This document shows, in pieces, positions 49,009-57,281 of a stretch of 64,000 bases of DNA. A program made the position numbers and the translations under genes. Each line of letters begins with the position of its first letter. The first letter of the stretch is position 1. The notes under the pieces are model-generated. The model worked only from the letters and a program-made list of their open reading frames with translations. It ran no database searches and was not told where the DNA came from. The stretch comes from a virus: IMG/VR virus record IMGVR_UViG_3300001097_000002, positions 32,887-96,886 of that record; one strand, given 5' to 3'.

Positions 49009-49365
49009 ATGGACATAAAATCATATGATTCTTTTGCATCAAACTCTAATTTCAACATTCTAACAGATGATGGATACAAACATTTTAGTGGTGTTACAAA
49101 GTCACTATTAGTTGACCCGCCTATTGAATTAACGCTCAATAACGGTGAAATAATTGTGTGCACCATCAACCACAAATTATACGTAACTAAAGACAAATGG
49201 GTATATGCTAAGTTTTTAAATGTTGGTGATACACTATACAGCCCTTTTAATAAGGTGCGCATAACAGCTATTGGTGACAGTAAAGAACGTTACGTGTACG
49301 ATATAATAGATGTAACAGATACTAGCAGTTACCTAGTAACACCGTACATGATTAAAAGTAGCAAT
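49009..49365 (+). mobile_element. Split intein C-fragment, site b (just before Walker B)
   Basis: NILTDDGYKHF.G, block B CTINH, LNVGD, block F VYDI, ends KSSN|C. Confidence 0.88.
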
Positions 49366-49731
49366 TGCTTATACTTAGACGAATTTGCGTTTGTTGAAAA
49401 TGACGTAGAATTCTATACTGGTACATATCCTACAGTAACATCTGGTAAAAACACAAAGGTCATCATTACTTCCACGCCACGTGGTTTGAACATGTTCTAT
49501 AAAATCTTTAATGATTCTCAACAAGGTAATAACAAATACAAGTCATATAAAATCGGTTGGGAGGAGCATCCTGAGCGCGATGAAGAATGGTACTTAGAAA
49601 CCAAATCTAACATCGGTGAGTCAAAATTTTCCGTGGAATATGAGAGTTTGGCACACGAAACTATAGTAAGTATAAATGATAATAACACACTAACAAGTAT
49701 GTGCATTGGAGATTTATATGACTATATGTAA
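49009..49731 (+). CDS. gp17: Terminase large subunit fragment 3: IntC(119 aa) - extein (Walker B to linker, 93 aa) - IntN(28 aa)
   Basis: CTINHKL, YVYDI...SSN|CLYLDEFAFV...ITSTPRG.N.FY...W.EHP.RD..W...FSVEYE|SLAHETIV...IGDLY. Confidence 0.93.
   Translation: MDIKSYDSFASNSNFNILTDDGYKHFSGVTKSLLVDPPIELTLNNGEIIVCTINHKLYVTKDKWVYAKFLNVGDTLYSPFNKVRITAIGDSKERYVYDIIDVTDTSSYLVTPYMIKSSNCLYLDEFAFVENDVEFYTGTYPTVTSGKNTKVIITSTPRGLNMFYKIFNDSQQGNNKYKSYKIGWEEHPERDEEWYLETKSNIGESKFSVEYESLAHETIVSINDNNTLTSMCIGDLYDYM
49645..49728 (+). mobile_element. Split intein N-fragment (28 aa, Ser1), site c (EYE|CKF)
   Basis: SLAHETIVSINDNNTLTSMCIGDLYDYM. Confidence 0.85.
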
Positions 49732-49814
49732 TAGTGATTTGATTGAGACAGTAGAAATCTTAGCGGCATTTGGATTACCACTCTAATCAAGTGTCTCGAA
49801 TTTTTGGAGTTGGT

Positions 49815-50165
49815 ATGAGCAAAGTACATCTAGGGTTTAAAAAGAACACTAAAAATTTAAAAGTGTTAACACCAAATGGACACGAAGAATTCTACGGAAT
49901 AAACAAAATACGTGTCGATGAATATATACGAATAAAATTCAAAGAACATAAAGAAATACGTTGCTCGATTGACCACCCGTTTATACAAGAAAATGATTTA
50001 CCAATAAAAGCAAAACATATTGATAAAAGCAAACATATAAAATGTATTGATGGATTTACTACTTTAGAGTATTCGCATGTTGTTAATAAACAAATTGAAC
50101 TATATGATATTGTAAACTCTGGTAGTGAGTACATATATTTTTCTAATGGGATATTAAGTCACAAC
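49815..50165 (+). mobile_element. Split intein C-fragment (117 aa), site c
   Basis: NTKNLKVLTPNGHEEFYGI, CSIDHPF, LYDIVN, SNGILSHN|C. Confidence 0.92.
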
Positions 50166-50987
50166 TGTAAATTCATGGGTTCTGCAGGTACACTTATTAA
50201 TGGACGTACACTAGAACTATTATCATATAGTGAACCATTGCGTGAAACCGACCACAGACACAAAACAATCCGCGTGTATGCAGAACCTGTGGAATCACAC
50301 AAGTATGTAACCATTGTTGATACTAGTGAAGGTGTACAGCTTGATTTTAGTGTTATCACTGTTATTGACGTTTCTAAAATGCCTTACAAACAAGTATTCA
50401 TGTACAAGGATAATACCACCCCACCAATCACGTTTACTAGTATTGGTGCAGAAGTAGCGGAACGTTATAATAGCAGTGTAATGCTTGTAGAAAATAATAA
50501 CAGTAGTGGTGGTATTGTTGCAAACGGGTTGTGGTACGATATCGAGTATGAGAATATGCTAACCACAAAAGTAGCAGTAAATACACGTGATACCGAAATT
50601 GGTTTTGATAACAAAAGTATACCGGGTGTTAGAACCACCAAAAAAACAAAAGCCGTTGGTTGTACATACCTCAAAAACTTAATAGAAAGCAATCAGCTTG
50701 AAATTGTTGATTATGACACTGTGGCGGAATTAACAACGTTTGTTCGCGTAGGAAAAAGTTATGAAGCTGAAAAGAACAAACATGATGATATTGTTATGAC
50801 GCTTGTTATGTTTGCATGGTTTACATCACAGGATTATTTTGAGGATGAAACTGGCATTAGTTCATTAAGTGATATGAATGATACGTTGATGGAAGATAAC
50901 GACATGGACTTTGTGCTTGGCTTTATCAGCAACGGCACGGAGAAAAATGAAGAAGTTGATTTATTTGATAAGGGCTTGTTTAATTAG
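49815..50987 (+). CDS. gp17: Terminase large subunit fragment 4: IntC + nuclease domain
   Basis: CKFMGSAGTLI, VDTSEGVQLDFS, VENN, GVRTTKKTK..GC..LK.LIE, HDDIVM. Confidence 0.95.
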   Translation: MSKVHLGFKKNTKNLKVLTPNGHEEFYGINKIRVDEYIRIKFKEHKEIRCSIDHPFIQENDLPIKAKHIDKSKHIKCIDGFTTLEYSHVVNKQIELYDIVNSGSEYIYFSNGILSHNCKFMGSAGTLINGRTLELLSYSEPLRETDHRHKTIRVYAEPVESHKYVTIVDTSEGVQLDFSVITVIDVSKMPYKQVFMYKDNTTPPITFTSIGAEVAERYNSSVMLVENNNSSGGIVANGLWYDIEYENMLTTKVAVNTRDTEIGFDNKSIPGVRTTKKTKAVGCTYLKNLIESNQLEIVDYDTVAELTTFVRVGKSYEAEKNKHDDIVMTLVMFAWFTSQDYFEDETGISSLSDMNDTLMEDNDMDFVLGFISNGTEKNEEVDLFDKGLFN

Positions 50988-51043
50988 TTGCTATACTGTA
51001 TAATAAATTTATACTAAAAAGGATTGATATTTTTAAAACCATC

Positions 51044-51051
51044 TATAAATA
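51044..51051 (+). promoter_or_regulatory. T4-type late promoter
   Basis: Exact TATAAATA upstream of the 51088 ORF. Confidence 0.7.
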
Positions 51052-51087
51052 GATATGTAAATAACCAATAACCAAAGGATACACAAC

Positions 51088-51422
51088 ATGAACTTTCAAG
51101 ATTACATTAATAATTCAACTCCAGTAGGAAAAGATTTACACGAAGCACAATATAAACCAAAACGTACATTTTCTAAAAAATCACTATGGATGACCTAGTA
51201 GGCGCAATGGCTGTTTCAAGCTCATTATACGGTGAAATGTATGTCGTATATCCTATTGCAATGAAAGTAAAAAATACTACTATTTATTTTGTTTGGTACG
51301 ACGAAGACGAAGACACGTATGCTATCAGCACTTTCACGAATAAAGACGGTATTTCATCTATGCCAGTTGATGATGATTTTAATTCATTATCAGATGCTAA
51401 GCAAGAACTAAGTCGCAAATAA
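51088..51422 (+). pseudogene. Internal-head-protein gene with frameshift at an A6 run
   Basis: MNFQDYINNSTPVGKDLHEAQYKPKRTFSKK; one extra A at 51175-51180 joins it to ORF 51186-51422. Confidence 0.65.
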
Positions 51423-51431
51423 TAACCAGTC

Positions 51432-51483
51432 AACAGCCACAAAAAAAGCCATTTTTAATTAAGTGGCTTTTTTTGTGGCTGTT
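51432..51483. terminator. Long inverted repeat/terminator abutting a late promoter
   Basis: aacagccacaaaaaaagcca...tggctttttttgtggctgtt arms of about 20 bp. Confidence 0.8.
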
Positions 51484-51490
51484 ATAAATA
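51483..51490 (+). promoter_or_regulatory. T4-type late promoter for gp18 operon
   Basis: TATAAATA. Confidence 0.75.
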
Positions 51491-51613
51491 CAGTAAATAA
51501 TACAACAAACACGCACGACGAGGATAATCAGTTAGTATGGATTAAAAAATATCTCATACAGTAAATAATAATGTATATATAAATTAATGATAGATAAAGA
51601 CGAGGAGCATTAC

Positions 51614-53326
51614 ATGGCTAGTCCAGGCGTATACACAAGCGAAACAGACCTAAGCCAAACATTGAAAGCGTTCGGTAGCACTGCCGGTGGCTTTGTTGGG
51701 ACATTCAATTGGGGACCCATTGAGGTAAACACCATCGTTTCTAGTGAAGACGATGTTGTTGAGTATTTTGGTAAACCAGATGACACTAATAACGTTGATT
51801 GGTTTAGTGCAACAAACTTTTTAAAATACACAGGTTCTTTGACCATTAGACGTGTCGCTAGTATGAACGCGCTAAACGCATCAAGCGGTGTCGCTGGTAT
51901 GCTCATTAAAAACAAGATGGGTTACGATACCGCAGAATCAACACTCAGCGAAACATTCTATGCGAAATATGCTAGTGAATTAGGTAACAGCATTTCTGTA
52001 CACGTTGCTGACGCTGCTACATATGATGCATGGGACTATTCAGGAGAATTTGATACTGCTCCAGGTAGCAGTGATTCAAGTTCAATTTATGGTCTTGATA
52101 TTAATGACGAGATGCACGTTGTTGTTACCGACACATACGGTAAATTCTCAGGCGTACCAGGCGCTATTCTTGAGAAATTTGCTTACCTTAGTAAAGCACA
52201 GGACGGCACTGACACAAACGGCCAAGCATCATTCTACAAAAACGTCATCAATCGTAAAAGTGCTTATATCTATGTAGGTATTACATTTACGGGCGCTGAT
52301 GTTGTTGATGATATCGTAGGCGTAACAACCGCAGCATTTGGTGATAAATTCACAGCCACACCATACATTTCATTAGATGGCGCGGTCAAAGTTCAACTAT
52401 CCAATGGTCATAATGGCGGTATTGCTGAAAAATCAGACTATGTTGATGGTTATACTATCATGTCAAACATTGACGACAATGAAGTTGCTGTTATTTTTGC
52501 TGGTGGTTGCGGCGGTGATATGAATCACGCAGACGTATGTAATGCTATTGGTACAGAGACTAAGAAAAATCAGCGCAGAGTAGGGTTCTTCAGTCCTAAA
52601 ATCAGTGATGTTGTTGGCGTGTCAAGTGATTCAGCAGCATTTTCTAATATTATTACAACATACGAATCAATCACAGAAAAACATAGCTTTGTTAGTATGG
52701 CTACTGGCGTGAAAATGGTGTATGACAAATATAATGATGCATACCGTTGGATTCCAACCAACAGTGATGAAGCTGGTGTATTTGCACGTGTTCATAACAA
52801 CGAAGGCAAATGGGTTAGTGGCGCAGGTTACAACAAAGGCGTATACAGCAACGCAAAAGGATTGGCTTATAGTCCTAACGAATCGCATCGTAGCAAGCTG
52901 TATGCTAAGAATATCAACTGTGTAATACAAGAAAACGGTGCTGGTATTCTATTATTCGGTGACAAAACATTGCAAGGTAAAAACAGCACGTTTAGTTTTC
53001 TTGGAACACGGTTCTTGTTTATTGAGTTGCGTAATATTGTCGCAGAAGCCGCTAAGTATACACTGTTTGAATTTAACGATGAATTTACACAAAGTCAGTT
53101 CCGCGATTTAGTCATCCCAACCTTACGTGATATCAAAGGACAACGAGGCGTTCATAACTTCTTAGTTGTATGTGATTCTACTAACAACACACCTACAGTT
53201 ATTCAAAACGGCGAATTTAAAGGCGATGTATTCATCAAGCCAAACTACAGCATCCAGCAAGTTCTTCTTTCGTTTGCAAGTGTTAATCGTACACTTTCTT
53301 TCGACGAAGTTGTTGTTAAAGGTTAA
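51614..53326 (+). CDS. gp18: Tail sheath protein
   Basis: SPGVY..ETD, G.FNWGP, YDKYND..RWIP, LFGDKT, FEFNDEFT, VVCD.TNNTP, IKP. Confidence 0.96.
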   Translation: MASPGVYTSETDLSQTLKAFGSTAGGFVGTFNWGPIEVNTIVSSEDDVVEYFGKPDDTNNVDWFSATNFLKYTGSLTIRRVASMNALNASSGVAGMLIKNKMGYDTAESTLSETFYAKYASELGNSISVHVADAATYDAWDYSGEFDTAPGSSDSSSIYGLDINDEMHVVVTDTYGKFSGVPGAILEKFAYLSKAQDGTDTNGQASFYKNVINRKSAYIYVGITFTGADVVDDIVGVTTAAFGDKFTATPYISLDGAVKVQLSNGHNGGIAEKSDYVDGYTIMSNIDDNEVAVIFAGGCGGDMNHADVCNAIGTETKKNQRRVGFFSPKISDVVGVSSDSAAFSNIITTYESITEKHSFVSMATGVKMVYDKYNDAYRWIPTNSDEAGVFARVHNNEGKWVSGAGYNKGVYSNAKGLAYSPNESHRSKLYAKNINCVIQENGAGILLFGDKTLQGKNSTFSFLGTRFLFIELRNIVAEAAKYTLFEFNDEFTQSQFRDLVIPTLRDIKGQRGVHNFLVVCDSTNNTPTVIQNGEFKGDVFIKPNYSIQQVLLSFASVNRTLSFDEVVVKG

Positions 53327-53340
53327 TAAGGAGTTAGACA

Positions 53341-53880
53341 ATGTCAGCAGATATTTTTGGTTTTTTAGGTAATTTCCAAGGGGGCGGTGCTCGTCCTAAC
53401 CGTTATGAACTTATGTTAACGTTCCCATCAACCATTGGTAGTACATCAATTGCACAGAAGCTTAGTTTCACGTGTAAAGCGACCTCTATACCAGGTTTCA
53501 CTTTAGGTGAAGCGGTTGTACCATACAAAGGTCGTCAAATTAAGATACCAGGCGACGTTGTGTTTAACGATTGGAATGTAACAATTCTAATTGACAACGA
53601 CATGGTTGGTAAAACAGTGTTTGAAGATTGGCTCAACATGATAAGCGCATGGGAAGCCAACACTACACAAGCGGGTTACATGGCGCCAAGTAAGATTTAC
53701 GGTAACGGTACTATCAAGCAATTGGATAGAGAAGATAACGTCATCAAAACTTATGAAGTGCAAGGTATTTTTCCTAAAGACGTAGGCGAAATTGCGCTAG
53801 GTTATGACACTAACGATACTATTATGGAACAACCTGTCACGTTCGCCGTGAACAGTGTTAAGTCTGATACTAGTGTTTAA
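53341..53880 (+). CDS. gp19: Tail tube protein
   Basis: GGARPNRY, CKATSIPG, GRQIKIPGD..F..W, QLDR, FP..VG.I.L. Confidence 0.96.
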   Translation: MSADIFGFLGNFQGGGARPNRYELMLTFPSTIGSTSIAQKLSFTCKATSIPGFTLGEAVVPYKGRQIKIPGDVVFNDWNVTILIDNDMVGKTVFEDWLNMISAWEANTTQAGYMAPSKIYGNGTIKQLDREDNVIKTYEVQGIFPKDVGEIALGYDTNDTIMEQPVTFAVNSVKSDTSV

Positions 53881-53901
53881 TTAGCACGCATTTATTATAA
53901 C

Positions 53902-53931
53902 AAAAGGAGTGGCTTAATGCTACTCTTTTTT
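53902..53931 (+). terminator. Rho-independent terminator
   Basis: aaaaggagtggc-ttaat-gctactcttttt. Confidence 0.8.
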
Positions 53932-53977
53932 GTGCGCGTAAATACAAATATTATAACCAATTAAACAAAGGTAACCA

Positions 53978-55525
53978 ATGGAACTATTCGGATTCGACAT
54001 TAAAAGAGGCAAGGAAAAAGCCGCCCCCGAAAAGCGCACATTTAAGGATGCGGTAGTAGATAACGATGCTGTTAATATTACTACGAATAGTACATCAAAT
54101 AATAATGACCAGTTATCAGAAATGGGCATTCGTCAATTACCACAGTTCACATATGTTAACGATGTACAAAAAATAAAACTATATAGAAAAATGGCGCAAT
54201 CAAACGTACATATTGGATTAGCGGTTACTGAACTTAAGAATGAAGCTTTTATTCTTAATGACCCTGGTAAGCGCGCGTTTGAGGTGGGTTTCTATAGTGA
54301 TACTAAAATCAAGAAGAATATACAAGAAAAAATAATCGAAGAAGCGGACGAACTATATAAGATTATTGACTTCAACGGTAATGCAAGCGAATGGTTTGAA
54401 AGTTGGTATGTTGACAGTCGTTTTTTCTTACATGTGATTGTCGATGAAGCTAAACCACAGCTTGGTGTACTTGGTGTAGTACCATTAAACCCAATCAATA
54501 CACGTAAAGTTAAATTACTGCCTAAAAGTGACAATAAAGGCAGCATTGATATAAATAAAGTAAAAGAAGTATACATATATAAAAATAACTTTAAGTCTTT
54601 TGATTTAGAACAAACATTATACATGGAGCGCGATAACACAACCATAGAAGACATTGTTTTATCAAACGATTCTGTAATTGATGTTACTAGTGGTCTACGT
54701 GATAAGGATACAGGTAAAACAATTGGACATTTAGAAAAAGCCATTATCCCATATAACAACTTAAAAATGTTAGAAGAATCAATGGTAATTTTCCGCATCG
54801 TCCGAGCGCCAATGCGCAGAGCCTTTTATATTGATGTTAGTAACCTACAACCTAAGAAGGGTGAGAAGTACATTAAGGATACGAAAGACCGTTTCAAAGT
54901 TGATGTTAACTATAATAGTGAGACTGGCTCAATTAATGGTGATAGACATATTACTAGTATTTTAGAAGATTACTATATCCCAAGACAGGGTAATCGCACT
55001 ACTGAAATACAAACACTGGATGGTCAAACCACACAGGATATTCTTGAGGAAGTTGAGTACGCACGTGAACAGCTGTGGATTGGTTTAAACGTACCTAAAA
55101 GTCGTTTTAAAGATGAAGCTTCCTCATTGTTTACGCGCCCGTCAGAAGTACAACGTGATGAATATCGCTTAAACTTATTTGTTGATATTTGCCGTCAACA
55201 GTTTATGAAGTTTTTTGACCAGTTGCTGTTAACGCAATTACTCCTAAAAAACGTTATAAAAGAATACGAATGGAATGACATAAGAGGCAGTTACTTTTAC
55301 AATTTCACAGAAGACAATCTATTTGTTGAATATAGAGCGATGGAAAAACTTGGTTCTCAGTTAGATTTATTACGCGATGTTGAGCCATACATTGGTACGT
55401 ATTTTAGTAGAGATGACGTGCGAAAAAACATATTAAAGCAAAGCGATGATGATATTAAAATCATGAAAGCTAAAATGGAAGAAGAAGCAAAAATAGAGCC
55501 CAAACAAGATAAGGACGATGAATAA
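53978..55525 (+). CDS. gp20: Portal protein
   Basis: MELFGF, WYVDSR, LEKAI...NNLKMLE...VIFRIVRAP.RR.FYIDV, LEDYYIPR, LNVP.SR. Confidence 0.96.
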   Translation: MELFGFDIKRGKEKAAPEKRTFKDAVVDNDAVNITTNSTSNNNDQLSEMGIRQLPQFTYVNDVQKIKLYRKMAQSNVHIGLAVTELKNEAFILNDPGKRAFEVGFYSDTKIKKNIQEKIIEEADELYKIIDFNGNASEWFESWYVDSRFFLHVIVDEAKPQLGVLGVVPLNPINTRKVKLLPKSDNKGSIDINKVKEVYIYKNNFKSFDLEQTLYMERDNTTIEDIVLSNDSVIDVTSGLRDKDTGKTIGHLEKAIIPYNNLKMLEESMVIFRIVRAPMRRAFYIDVSNLQPKKGEKYIKDTKDRFKVDVNYNSETGSINGDRHITSILEDYYIPRQGNRTTEIQTLDGQTTQDILEEVEYAREQLWIGLNVPKSRFKDEASSLFTRPSEVQRDEYRLNLFVDICRQQFMKFFDQLLLTQLLLKNVIKEYEWNDIRGSYFYNFTEDNLFVEYRAMEKLGSQLDLLRDVEPYIGTYFSRDDVRKNILKQSDDDIKIMKAKMEEEAKIEPKQDKDDE

Positions 55526-56593
55526 ATGAATATATTTGAAAATGTAAGTTCAACATTGTATACAGTTGCACCAGTATCGGTTAATGATGCAACTGATGAT
55601 TATGCAACCATCATAAATGAAGTTACACACTTTGGTGGTACTATTACTAGTATTGAAGATGACATGTTTGTTGTTGCATGTTCATCAAAACAATCAGTAG
55701 AGGATATTGCTGATTTGCTCGATGACGATAACCGCATTGATGAATACAGTATACAAGTATACGAGCACACTGGTACAGGCGTGCCAAATAAAATTGATGG
55801 TGAAGATATTGATATTGACAAGATTAGTAATTTCAATAACGTTGAAGTAGAATTTGTTGTGTTTTTAAACAGTGACTATGTTGACTATGATTCTTACACT
55901 GACGTTGATGATGACGAGTTAACAGAAAGTTATGTAAATACCAATAAGAAACAGCCTTTATGGTTGGCATTAAGTGGTACGCGAACGAGCTTAAAATATG
56001 GTAGTTTTATCGTTACACCACACCCAGTAAGGCATGATGCGATTTTAGTACACGTTGAATATAAATACGATGAAGCAGATATTGGTTTTATTGAGGAAAA
56101 CGTAGTAAAAATTAAGAATGATATAAATACTATTAATAACGGATTAGTAAACAAAACCCTATTAGCTGCTAACTATGAGCTAGAGGATAATATCAATTTT
56201 GATTTTAATCTTGATATGAGCAATCCGGGACATTTTATCAGTGCGCCAGCAGTATATGCAAGAAATAAAAGTACGGTTAACATACCAGAAATTATGGAAG
56301 CATTTGGTGAAACTACACTATTCGCAGAAACAGCAGTTATCAACGAAGTTAAACGGAAAGTAAAGATTAACTTCAAGGGTAAAAAACGAATTAAACTTAA
56401 ATGTTTAAAGGGTTATAAATACGATAGTAGTAGAAAAGCCTGTGTTAAAATTACGGGTCGCGAAAAGGCTACTGATAGAAAATCTAAAATTAAAATGACC
56501 CGCACAAAAAAATCTAAGGGTAGTGCCCTAAAACGTTCTACTAATAGAAAAACTAAAAAAGCAATGCGCTTTAGAAAACAAATGGGGAAATAG
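55526..56593 (+). CDS. Prohead core protein (long acidic N-part, gp68-like basic C-terminus)
   Basis: Between gp20 and gp21; C-terminal KRKVKINFKGKKR...KKAMRFRKQMG. Confidence 0.7.
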   Translation: MNIFENVSSTLYTVAPVSVNDATDDYATIINEVTHFGGTITSIEDDMFVVACSSKQSVEDIADLLDDDNRIDEYSIQVYEHTGTGVPNKIDGEDIDIDKISNFNNVEVEFVVFLNSDYVDYDSYTDVDDDELTESYVNTNKKQPLWLALSGTRTSLKYGSFIVTPHPVRHDAILVHVEYKYDEADIGFIEENVVKIKNDINTINNGLVNKTLLAANYELEDNINFDFNLDMSNPGHFISAPAVYARNKSTVNIPEIMEAFGETTLFAETAVINEVKRKVKINFKGKKRIKLKCLKGYKYDSSRKACVKITGREKATDRKSKIKMTRTKKSKGSALKRSTNRKTKKAMRFRKQMGK

Positions 56594-56597
56594 CTTT

Positions 56598-57278
56598 ATG
56601 TCATTACTAATAGAAAGCGTAGATGAAAACCTAACGGAGTCAAAAACAGTATTCAACGAAACAACTAAAGAAAAAGAATACTTTATTGAAGGGATTTTCC
56701 TTCAATCTGATGTAGTAAATAAAAATAATCGTATCTATCCACGTGAGGTAATGGCACGTGAAGCTAACAGGTATATTGATGAAAAAGTTAAACTAAATAA
56801 AGGCATGGGTGAACTTGAACATCCTGGTATGGATAGAGATAACGCTATCAACTTGCGCTACGTTAGTCATAAGATTGTAACCTTAGAGGAGCGCGGTAGT
56901 AACTGGTTTGGGCGCGCAAAAATTGCGCATAAAAGCGGTATGGGAGCATTAGTTGCTAACTTAATAGAATGTGGTATTACACTTGGAACGTCAAGTCGAG
57001 CCATGGGGTCAGCAAAAACAAATAATCAGGGTATTAGCGTAATACAGAACGATTTTAGATTAATTACGCCAAGTGATATTGTTGCTGACCCATCGGCTCC
57101 TGATGCGGTGTTGACGAGCTTGATGGAAAAAACTTGGATATACGAAAACGATGTCCTAGAAGAACAGCAATTAGAGGTTTTAGCTGCCAATGTAAATACA
57201 TTATATAAAGTTGGTGTTTTAGACAATCAAAAGTTAAATGAAGCATTTAAATCAATTCTAAGAACAATCGGAGACTAA
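56598..57278 (+). CDS. gp21: Prohead protease
   Basis: IEGIFLQS.VVN.N.RIYP, GELEHP, VSH, G.SSRAMGS, D.VADPSAPDA. Confidence 0.96.
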   Translation: MSLLIESVDENLTESKTVFNETTKEKEYFIEGIFLQSDVVNKNNRIYPREVMAREANRYIDEKVKLNKGMGELEHPGMDRDNAINLRYVSHKIVTLEERGSNWFGRAKIAHKSGMGALVANLIECGITLGTSSRAMGSAKTNNQGISVIQNDFRLITPSDIVADPSAPDAVLTSLMEKTWIYENDVLEEQQLEVLAANVNTLYKVGVLDNQKLNEAFKSILRTIGD

Positions 57279-57281
57279 TCA

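Noticed and set aside
3943-49365. Direct pairing of IntN at 3943 with IntC at 49009
   Set aside because: The product would read RQAGK-CLYLDE, deleting the Walker A Thr/Ser and about 85 aa of the ATPase core, so it could not be a functional terminase.
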